Positions 18,017-24,877 of a stretch of DNA of 35,189 nt are shown here, piece by piece; the first letter of the stretch is position 1; each line of letters opens with the position of its first letter. Position numbers and translations under genes: made by a program. Source of the DNA: an uncultured Enterobacteriaceae bacterium (GTDB lineage Bacteria; Pseudomonadota; Gammaproteobacteria; Burkholderiales; SG8-39). The notes under the pieces were generated by a model that was not told where the DNA came from, made no database searches, and saw only the letters and a program-made list of their open reading frames with translations. The stretch lies in NCBI GenBank assembly GCA_964420785.1, contig CAYQVE010000002.1, positions 1 through 35,189 of the forward strand. Reading direction: 5' to 3'.

Positions 18017-18066
18017 CTCTTTTCCCCTCGATCACAATACCCGCTCATACGAAGAGGGACGAAGCG

Positions 18067-18699
18067 ATGCCGATCACGACTTTGATTGCCGACGACCACA
18101 CGCTGGTGCGCGAGGGTCTGCGCTCGCTGCTCGCGGCGCACGCGAGCATCGACGTCGTCGGCTTTGCCGCGAACGGCCGCGAGGCGGTGCGCGAAGCGCT
18201 GCGACTGCGGCCTGAAGTCGTGCTCATGGACATCTCGATGCCCGAGCTGAACGGCATCGACGCGACCCGGCAGCTCCTCGACCGCCATCCCGCGGCCAAG
18301 GTGATCATCCTGTCCATGCACGCCACGATCGAGCACTACCACCGCGCGGTCGGCGCCGGCGCCCGGGGCTATCTGCTCAAGGAATCCGCCACCGAGGAAA
18401 TCGCCGAAGCGGTACGCACCGTGCACATCGGCCGGCAATTCCTCAGCCGCAGGATCGCTGCCAGCTTTCAGCCCCGGTCCGACACGGAGTCGCCGCTCGA
18501 CAGCCTGTCGCGGCGCGAGCGCGAGATTCTCCAGCTGGTCGCGGAGGGCCACTGCAGCGCGAAGATCGGGGCCCTCATCTGCATCTCGCCGAAGTCGGTC
18601 GACACCTACCGCAGCCGCCTGATGCAGAAACTGGGAATGCGGGGCATGCCCGACATGGTGAAATTTGCCATCCGGCACGGGCTCACTTCGCTCGAATGA
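18067..18699 (+). CDS. NarL/FixJ-family response regulator (REC + LuxR-type HTH), no adjacent kinase
   Basis: ATG 18067 follows GAGGGA. MPITTLIADDHTLVREGL…VVLMDISMPELNG…GYLLKE… plus HTH LSRREREILQLVAEGHCSAKIGALICISPKSVDTYRSRLMQKL. Confidence 0.92.
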   Translation: MPITTLIADDHTLVREGLRSLLAAHASIDVVGFAANGREAVREALRLRPEVVLMDISMPELNGIDATRQLLDRHPAAKVIILSMHATIEHYHRAVGAGARGYLLKESATEEIAEAVRTVHIGRQFLSRRIAASFQPRSDTESPLDSLSRREREILQLVAEGHCSAKIGALICISPKSVDTYRSRLMQKLGMRGMPDMVKFAIRHGLTSLE

Positions 18700-18816
18700 T
18701 CCGGGAACCTGTAACGGGCGCAGGCGGCATTCAAGGTTTCCCGACAGATCGGCCCTGTGTCCGCCGCTAAACTGCGGCGACTCTTGATTACAGACTCTCA
18801 TTCGACGAAAGAGACG

Positions 18817-19218
18817 ATGAACGGTACACCCCACCCAGCCCGACCTTCGATCCTGGTCGTCGAAGACCATCGATCCCTGCGGCTCAGCGTCGTGAACTGG
18901 CTCCAGCTCCGGTTTCCCGGAAGCTTGGTCCAGGGCGTCGAATCCGGGGAAGAGGCGCTCGCGCATGCCCGTGCCGCCTGCCCGGAGGTCGTGCTCATGG
19001 ACATCAACCTCCCGGGCATCGACGGACTCGAGGCAACCTGCCGCATGAAGGCCCAGGCGCCGAAAACAGCCGTCGTGATACTCAGCACGCACGACACTCC
19101 CCGTCACCGCCTCGCGGCCGCAAAAGCCGGCGCCGCCGGATACATCGCGAAGCGCGACATGGAAACGCTGCTCGAGGCGACTGTCGAATGCCTGCTTCAG
19201 TCGCGCCCGCGCTCATGA
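18817..19218 (+). CDS. Stand-alone receiver (CheY-like, NarL-type receiver without an output domain)
   Basis: ATG 18817 gives MNGTPHPARPSILVVEDHRSLR…VVLMDINLPGIDG…AAGYIAKRD (133 aa). The stop overlaps the next start (ATGA at 19215-19218). Confidence 0.85.
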   Translation: MNGTPHPARPSILVVEDHRSLRLSVVNWLQLRFPGSLVQGVESGEEALAHARAACPEVVLMDINLPGIDGLEATCRMKAQAPKTAVVILSTHDTPRHRLAAAKAGAAGYIAKRDMETLLEATVECLLQSRPRS

Positions 19219-21041
19219 CTCACGACGTCCTCACGATGATCAGGGTACGACCCATCTCGCTGCTGCGCTGCGTTGCGCGGCTCCTGAAGAAGATCGCTCC
19301 CGCGCACGCCGTTTCGGCAAGACCGCGCGCGAGCGCGGCGGAAATCGAGCGGGGCGAATTGCTGCGCCGCTGCTCGCTCGAGGGCCTGTGGGATTGGGAC
19401 CTCCGCAACGACAGAGTCCATTACTTTCCCCGTTTCCGCGAGCTGCTGGGGTACTCCGCGGAAGAACCCTTGAACCGGTTCCAGCTGGCCTTTCATTCAG
19501 AGGACGTCGAGCGCATGAGACAGTCGATGCGCCGCCTTTTCGAGGAACAGGTTCCGATCGACGAGGAATTCCGGTTGCGATGCAAGAACGGCAGCTTCCG
19601 CTGGTTCCGCGGGCGCGGACACGCGGTCTGGGACGCTCGCGGCAAGCCCCTGCGTTTCGCCGGATCCATCACCGACATCAGCGGCTACAAGGAGACCGAG
19701 CTGCGCCTGCTCTACCTCGCCGATCACGACGTACTGACCGGTCTGCCCAACCGGCGCCTGTTCCTTTATCGCCTGTGCCAGGGCATCTCCGGCGCGCGAG
19801 ACTCAGGCCGCTCGCTCGCGGTTCTCTTCATCGATCTGGACCGGTTCAAGCAGATCAACGACGTCCTCGGACACGACGCAGGAAACCAGGTCCTCTGCGA
19901 GGCGGCCAAGCGCATACGCGGCGCCGTGCGCGACGAAGACACAGTTTCGCGGCTCGGCGGCGACGAATTCACGGTTCTCCTGGAAGGGGTCGAGGCGGAG
20001 TCGCGCGTTTCCGCGGTCGCGGACCGGATCCGCTCGGAGCTCAATCGTCCGTTTGCACTGGCCGAGCGCGAGGTCTACATCTCCGCGAGCATCGGGATCG
20101 CCGTCTTTCCCCGCGACGGCGAGTCGGCCGAAGAGCTGCTCAAGCGCTCAGACGTGGCCATGTACCAGGCGAAAAAGCACGGCCGCGACAACCACCAGTT
20201 CTACTCCGCAGAGTCCGAGACCCGCATTTCCCGCGGGCTCGACATGGAGACCCGCCTGCGCCGTGCGCTCGAGTACGGCGAGCTCGAAGTTCACTATCAG
20301 CCGCAAGTCGGCTTCGCCAGCGGTGAGATCAATTCGGTCGAGGCGCTGCTCCGCTGGAACAACCCGGAGCTCGGCTGGGTTGCGCCGGCGCAGTTCATAC
20401 CGCTTGCCGAAGAGACCGGGCTCATTCAGCCGATCGGCGCGTGGGTCCTCGAGACCGCCTGCGCGCAGGCGAAGGCCTGGCAGGACGCCGGCCTCCGGCC
20501 CATCAGGATGTGCATCAACGTGTCCGCGCGGCAGCTCGACGCGAGGTTCGTCGAGACAGTCTCCCGGGCGCTCGCCGAGACGGCGCTTGCGCCTGCGCGC
20601 CTCGAGCTGGAAATCACCGAGGGCGTCATGGTCGGCAAGGACCCCGACACCGAGGCCGTGCTCCAGGCGATGCGGGCACTGGGCGTCGGTTTCGCCATCG
20701 ACGACTTCGGCACCGGCTATGCGACCTTCGATTATCTCAAGCGCTTCCCCGTGCACACCCTGAAACTGGACGGATCGTTCGTTCGCGGCGTTTGCGACAG
20801 CAGCAACGACGTCGCTATCGTCGATGCGACCATCGCCTTGGCGCGAAGCTTCGGCCTCAGGGTCGTTGCAGAGGGCGTAGAGACCGCCGAGCAGCATGGG
20901 CTGCTCAAGGAACTGGGCTGCGACGACTGCCAGGGCTATTACACCTTCAGGCCTCTCCCGGCCGCGGCGCTGGAAAAACTGCTGGCCCCGAAGCATCAAG
21001 TTTTCCCTACAGACCGGCAGGGGCCTGCGACTGCAGACTAG
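19215..21041 (+). CDS. PAS-GGDEF-EAL protein (putative c-di-GMP synthase/phosphodiesterase)
   Basis: PAS region (GLWDWDLRNDRVHYFPRFRELLGY…HSEDVERM…). GGDEF intact at nt 19956-19970, with an RDED I-site-like motif 5 aa upstream. EAL intact at nt 20340-20348, plus DDFGTGY and EGVETAEQ motifs. No receiver domain of its own. Confidence 0.92.
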   Translation: MTHDVLTMIRVRPISLLRCVARLLKKIAPAHAVSARPRASAAEIERGELLRRCSLEGLWDWDLRNDRVHYFPRFRELLGYSAEEPLNRFQLAFHSEDVERMRQSMRRLFEEQVPIDEEFRLRCKNGSFRWFRGRGHAVWDARGKPLRFAGSITDISGYKETELRLLYLADHDVLTGLPNRRLFLYRLCQGISGARDSGRSLAVLFIDLDRFKQINDVLGHDAGNQVLCEAAKRIRGAVRDEDTVSRLGGDEFTVLLEGVEAESRVSAVADRIRSELNRPFALAEREVYISASIGIAVFPRDGESAEELLKRSDVAMYQAKKHGRDNHQFYSAESETRISRGLDMETRLRRALEYGELEVHYQPQVGFASGEINSVEALLRWNNPELGWVAPAQFIPLAEETGLIQPIGAWVLETACAQAKAWQDAGLRPIRMCINVSARQLDARFVETVSRALAETALAPARLELEITEGVMVGKDPDTEAVLQAMRALGVGFAIDDFGTGYATFDYLKRFPVHTLKLDGSFVRGVCDSSNDVAIVDATIALARSFGLRVVAEGVETAEQHGLLKELGCDDCQGYYTFRPLPAAALEKLLAPKHQVFPTDRQGPATAD

Positions 21042-21059
21042 CTGCACCGACGGATGGCC

Positions 21060-21069
21060 CGAACGTTCG
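21060..21069. promoter_or_regulatory. Perfect 10-bp palindrome CGAACGTTCG upstream of the first chemosensory-cluster gene
   Basis: Located in the 60-nt spacer 21042-21101, 32 nt upstream of ATG 21102. Function unknown. Confidence 0.2.
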
Positions 21070-21101
21070 CAAACCACGAAAACGACGAGTCCGAGGAAAC
21101 C

Positions 21102-21857
21102 ATGAATTCAACCAGCGTTGCCGTGATCGGTTTCAGCGCCCAGGAACGAAACGTCTTGAAGGGCATATTCGATCTCACCTCGCGGCGCCCGACCTCGTTC
21201 GCCCCGTTCGATCCGGACATGGGCGAAGAGCCCGGCCTGTTCCTGGTCGACGCGAGCAGCAAGGAATTCGTGAATGAAACACTCAGCGTCGTCGTCACGC
21301 ACCCCGTTCCGGTCGTGCTGGTGGGAGACTCGAACTGCGGCACTCCCTACCCTTTCGTCAAGCGACCGATCAAATGGGTGCAGCTGCTCAAGCTCCTGGA
21401 AAACTCGGTCGCACCCGCCGCGCCGTCCCAGCCCCGGGCCCGCGAAATCGACTCCGCGCTGGTCGTGGATGACAGCCTGCCCGTGCGCAAGTTCATGGAA
21501 TTGAAGCTCGCGCCCTACTCCATCGGCGTGGACTTTGCCGAATCGGGCGAAAAGGCCATAGCTCTCGCCGCCGAGAAACACTATACCTGCGTGTTTCTCG
21601 ACGTGATGCTCCCGGGCGTGGACGGATACCAGGTCTGCAAAGCGATCAAGAAGAAGAAGCATGAAGGAAAGCCGACCGCCGTGGTCATGCTCACCGGGAA
21701 GACGTCGCCCTTCGACAAGATCCGCGGCACCATGGCCGGCTGCGACGCCTATCTGACCAAGCCGGTTGACGAGGAAAGACTGCTGGAAGTCATTTTGAAG
21801 TTCATTCCGAGGCGCGAGCGTGCCGATGCCGCCTTCGATGCAACCCAATCGACCTGA
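21102..21857 (+). CDS. PilG-like response regulator with an N-terminal pseudo-receiver extension
   Basis: ATG 21102 follows GAGGA. The C-terminal REC (res ~117-235; DD at VVDDS, acceptor FLDVMLP, TGKTSPFDKIRGTMAGCDAYLTKP) resembles P. aeruginosa PilG (SSKDGLFDKAKG…DQYLTKP). The N-terminal ~100 aa have a receiver-like beta/alpha periodicity, but GF replaces the acidic DD pair. Confidence 0.85.
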   Translation: MNSTSVAVIGFSAQERNVLKGIFDLTSRRPTSFAPFDPDMGEEPGLFLVDASSKEFVNETLSVVVTHPVPVVLVGDSNCGTPYPFVKRPIKWVQLLKLLENSVAPAAPSQPRAREIDSALVVDDSLPVRKFMELKLAPYSIGVDFAESGEKAIALAAEKHYTCVFLDVMLPGVDGYQVCKAIKKKKHEGKPTAVVMLTGKTSPFDKIRGTMAGCDAYLTKPVDEERLLEVILKFIPRRERADAAFDATQST

Positions 21858-21919
21858 TGCGCGCGGCAAATCGCGTCGACACCCGTATCGAATCAAACCT
21901 ACAGCAAAGGAGAAACAAC

Positions 21920-22282
21920 ATGGCAATTCGCAAAGTCCTGATCGCGGACGATTCATCGACCGATCTCAAGAATCTGGAGCAGATCGTCTCCGGCGCCGGC
22001 TATCACGTCATCACGGCCGCATCCGGCAAGGAAGCGCTGGCCAAGGCGAAAACCGAGCGCCCTGACGCGATACTGCTCGACGTCATCATGCCCGACATGA
22101 ACGGCTTCCAGGCGTGCCGTGCGATCACGAGCGACGCCGAGACCAGGAACATCCCGGTGATACTCGTTTCCAGCAAGGGCGAGAAAACCGACAAGGTGTG
22201 GGGTGAAGAGCAGGGTGCGAAGAGCTACGTCACCAAGCCCTACACGCCCGATCACATCCTGAGCCAGCTGCGGGCGCTCTAG
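21920..22282 (+). CDS. PilH/PixH-like single-domain response regulator (copy 1)
   Basis: ATG 21920 lies 7 nt after AAGGAG. The 120-aa protein reads MAIRKVLIADDSSTD…ILLDVIMPDMNG…VSSKGEKTDKVWGEEQGAKSYVTKP. This is the SSKGE..D..WG..QGA..Y..KP signature of PilH/PixH-type CheYs. Confidence 0.92.
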   Translation: MAIRKVLIADDSSTDLKNLEQIVSGAGYHVITAASGKEALAKAKTERPDAILLDVIMPDMNGFQACRAITSDAETRNIPVILVSSKGEKTDKVWGEEQGAKSYVTKPYTPDHILSQLRAL

Positions 22283-22327
22283 CGCGCTCCCCGAAAACAA
22301 ACGCACGTCATCGAAAAGGACAAAGCC

Positions 22328-22690
22328 ATGGCAATCCGCAAAGTACTGGTGGCCGACGATTCGACCACCGACCTCAAGAACATGGAGCACATCTGCTCCG
22401 GCGCAGGCTATCAGGTGATCACCGCCGCATCCGGCAAGGAGGCCGTGGCCAAGGTGAAGGCCGAGCGTCCGGACGCGGTGGTCCTCGACGTCATCATGCC
22501 GGAGATGAACGGCTTCCAGGCGTGCCGCGCGATCACGAGCGACGCCGACACCAAGAACATCCCGGTGATACTCGTTTCCAGCAAGGGCGAGAAAACCGAC
22601 AAGCTCTGGGGCCAGGAACAAGGCGCCCGCGGCTACGTCACCAAGCCCTTCACGTCCGACGATCTGCTCAAAGAGCTCAAAGCCCTGTAA
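22328..22690 (+). CDS. PilH/PixH-like single-domain response regulator (copy 2, tandem paralogue)
   Basis: 120 aa, about 79% identical to copy 1 by hand alignment (25 differences in 120 residues), with the same length and motifs. Confidence 0.92.
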   Translation: MAIRKVLVADDSTTDLKNMEHICSGAGYQVITAASGKEAVAKVKAERPDAVVLDVIMPEMNGFQACRAITSDADTKNIPVILVSSKGEKTDKLWGQEQGARGYVTKPFTSDDLLKELKAL

Positions 22691-22704
22691 CCGCGAGCGA
22701 GCCC

Positions 22705-23253
22705 ATGAACCTTGTCGAACCATCGCAGCCCCCGCTTTCGCCCGTCGCGGCGCTCGCCGGCGAGTTCGTGCTGCCCGAGAGCGGCGCCGCCGGGGAGTCG
22801 CGCGCGGATTCGGCGGAGCGGCTTGCATTCCGGGTCGGCCCCGTCGGGATGCTGTGCGCGTCGGACGCGGGGCGCGAAGTCGTGCTGCCGCCGCCGGTGA
22901 CGCGCCTGCCGCACCTGCCGGCGTGGATGCTCGGGGTCACCAACGTGCGAGGCACCCTGCTCCCCGTCGTCGATCTGGCCGCGGCCTACGGAGTGGAGCA
23001 CGAGACCGCGCTTCACCCCTACCTGCTTGTCATGGGCACCGCCGAGGATCCGCTCGGCCTGCTGGTGGACGGGTTGCCCGTGATCGCGCGCCTCGATGAG
23101 AAGGAAAGAATGCGCGGCGTGCCGCCGCACCCTGAGCGTCTGACCGGGCACGTCGCGGGCGGCTACGAACGCGAAGGAGTGGTGTGGCTCGACGTCAATG
23201 CGGGGTGGCTGTTCGCAACCCTGGGAAATGCATCGCAGCTCGAGCGCGAGTGA
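22705..23253 (+). CDS. CheW-like coupling protein (PilI-like)
   Basis: ATG 22705 gives a 182-aa protein with the CheW pattern …LAFRVGPVGMLCASDAGREVV…LPHLPAWMLGVTNVRGTLLPVVDLAAAYG…LLVMG…LGLLVDGLPVI…. The ORF-track N-terminal extension overlaps the preceding gene. Confidence 0.88.
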   Translation: MNLVEPSQPPLSPVAALAGEFVLPESGAAGESRADSAERLAFRVGPVGMLCASDAGREVVLPPPVTRLPHLPAWMLGVTNVRGTLLPVVDLAAAYGVEHETALHPYLLVMGTAEDPLGLLVDGLPVIARLDEKERMRGVPPHPERLTGHVAGGYEREGVVWLDVNAGWLFATLGNASQLERE

Positions 23254-23292
23254 AAGATATCTTTGGAACTGTCCTGGACTTTAATCGATTAA
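23253..23292. promoter_or_regulatory. AT-rich spacer carrying three palindromes (AAAGATATCTTT, GTCCTGGAC, TTAATCGATTAA) upstream of the MCP gene
   Basis: Perfect 12-mers at 23253-23264 and 23281-23292, and a 9-mer at 23271-23279. This is the only clearly AT-rich intergenic stretch inside the cluster. AAGGAG lies 7 nt before GTG 23311. Confidence 0.4.
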
Positions 23293-23310
23293 TCATTTAA
23301 GGAGCGAATC

Positions 23311-24873
23311 GTGTCACAACAAGGAAGCATGGCGATATTCAAGAAATTCAGCATCCGGAGTCGTCTCGCGATGATGGCGGGGCTCATGACCGTGCTGCTG
23401 CTCGGCATCGGCCTGCTCGGCTTGATCGCTCTGGGCAATTTTCAGGACCGGTCGGCAACGAACGTGGATTCGGGCGCCTTGTCGATTAAGGCGGTCGATA
23501 CCGCGAGAAGCGCTCAGGTCCATTTTAAGAAACAGGTGCAGGAGTGGAAAGACCTCTTGTTGCGTGGCTTCGAGCGCGAGAACTTCGACAAGTACCTCGC
23601 TCAATTCACCAGCGAAGAGGCGGCGGTCCAGCGGGAACTCTCAACGCTCAAGGATCTCATGAAGCGGCAGAGTCTGAGCACTGACGCCGTGGATCGCCTA
23701 CTCAATGTTCACAAGGAATTGGGCGCCAAGTATCGCGAGGCTTTGAAGAGCTACGACCAGGGGTCCCGCGTCGTGGACGGACTCGTCAAAGGAATGGACC
23801 GCGCGCCGACGGATGCCATGGATGCGGTCGTAAAGGACATCCAGGACCGGGCGAGCGCTAGCTTTACGGACATGAAGGCGCAATCGGTCGCGGAATACAG
23901 CTTTTCGAGGAACGTGATGGTTGCTATGGTCGTCGCTGCCCTTGCGCTCGGTGCTCTGCTCGCGTTTTTCACCGCGCGCCACATCACGCGCGCCGCCGGC
24001 CAGCTCGCCACCACGGTGGGCAAGGTCTCGGCCGGCGACTACGAGGCGCGCTCGAAGGTGAAGAGCGGCGACGAGCTCGAAGCCCTGAGCGCCGCTTTCG
24101 ACACCATGCTGGACGAGCGCGTCGCGACGCTGGCGAAAAAGGAAAAGGACAGCGAAGCGCTCAACAACTCGATCATCGACATCCTGCGCGCGGTCGCCAA
24201 GGCGGCGCAGGGTGACTTGACGATACAAGCCCCGGTGCGAGAGGACATCACCGGCGCGCTCTCGGACGCCATCAACTCCATGTCCAGCGCGACCGCCAAG
24301 ACGCTTGCGGGCGTGAACAACGTTTCGCACGAAGTGCGTTCCGCCTCCCAAGATGGCCGCGACACGGTGCTGCAGACCGCGCGCGGAATGAATGAAATCC
24401 GCGGTTCGATCCAGGAAACCGGCAAGCGCATCAAGCGCCTGGGAGAGCGCTCGCAGGAAATCACCGGCATCGTGAAGCTGATCGACGATATTTCGGAACG
24501 CACCTCGGTGCTCGCGCTGAACGCCAACATGCAGGCGGCCATGGCGGGCGAAGCCGGGCGCGGGTTCCGCGTGGTGGCCGACGAAGTGCAGCGCCTGGCC
24601 GAGCGCTCCAAGCAGGCGACCGACCAGATCGGCAAGCTGGTGACCACCATTCAGTCGGAGACCAACGACACCATGGCGACCATGGACCGGGCGATCGGCG
24701 AAGTGGTCAAGGGCGGCGAGCTTGCCGAAAAGGCGGCGCAACAGGTGACGCACCTGGACGAGCTCGGCGGCCAGCTGATCGAATCGATCCAGGCATTCAA
24801 GCTGCCGGCGGAACTGGTCGGCGGATCGGCCGCTGCCAAGCAGCGTGCGGGCGAAACCCGCCGGGCGGCGTAG
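23311..24873 (+). CDS. Methyl-accepting chemotaxis protein (PilJ-like position): 4-helix-bundle-type periplasmic domain, HAMP, short signalling domain
   Basis: GTG 23311 has a strong SD. TM1 (res ~20-42), a helical ~155-aa periplasmic region, TM2 (~201-221), HAMP (…[26 protein letters not shown]), a second HAMP-like GDLT segment, and the tip [38 protein letters not shown]. Confidence 0.92.
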   Translation: MSQQGSMAIFKKFSIRSRLAMMAGLMTVLLLGIGLLGLIALGNFQDRSATNVDSGALSIKAVDTARSAQVHFKKQVQEWKDLLLRGFERENFDKYLAQFTSEEAAVQRELSTLKDLMKRQSLSTDAVDRLLNVHKELGAKYREALKSYDQGSRVVDGLVKGMDRAPTDAMDAVVKDIQDRASASFTDMKAQSVAEYSFSRNVMVAMVVAALALGALLAFFTARHITRAAGQLATTVGKVSAGDYEARSKVKSGDELEALSAAFDTMLDERVATLAKKEKDSEALNNSIIDILRAVAKAAQGDLTIQAPVREDITGALSDAINSMSSATAKTLAGVNNVSHEVRSASQDGRDTVLQTARGMNEIRGSIQETGKRIKRLGERSQEITGIVKLIDDISERTSVLALNANMQAAMAGEAGRGFRVVADEVQRLAERSKQATDQIGKLVTTIQSETNDTMATMDRAIGEVVKGGELAEKAAQQVTHLDELGGQLIESIQAFKLPAELVGGSAAAKQRAGETRRAA

Positions 24874-24877
24874 GGCC

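Larger units (their letters stand above)
21920..22690 (+). repeat. Tandem gene duplication (408-bp period) of the PilH-like genes
   Basis: A 49-nt tract is identical at 22147-22195 and 22555-22603 (GAACATCCCGGTGATACTCGTTTCCAGCAAGGGCGAGAAAACCGACAAG). A second near-identical tract covers ATGAACGGCTTCCAGGCGTGCCG(T/C)GCGATCACGAGCGACGCCGA. Mirrored 63-aa antisense ORFs occur at 22003-22194 and 22411-22602. Confidence 0.9.

Noticed and set aside
15630-18035. 801-aa minus-strand ORF spanning the histidine kinase and response-regulator genes
   Set aside because: It is antisense to two genes with unambiguous domain motifs. Its translation is Arg/Gly/Asp/His-rich with no recognisable motif. Long stop-free antisense frames are expected in GC-rich DNA.
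17958-21010. Recurrence of the 9-mer TTTCCCTAC (17958-17966 and 21002-21010) as a possible shared regulatory site
   Set aside because: Many 9-mer coincidences are expected by chance in 35 kb, and the second copy lies inside the GGDEF-EAL coding region.
21102-24873. Assigning the gene names pilG/pilH/pilI/pilJ/chpA and a twitching-motility function
   Set aside because: The motif similarity is to the Pil-Chp/Pix class, but no pilus biogenesis genes are in the window and the cluster has non-canonical components. I therefore left the gene symbols empty and describe the proteins as PilG-like, PilH-like and so on.
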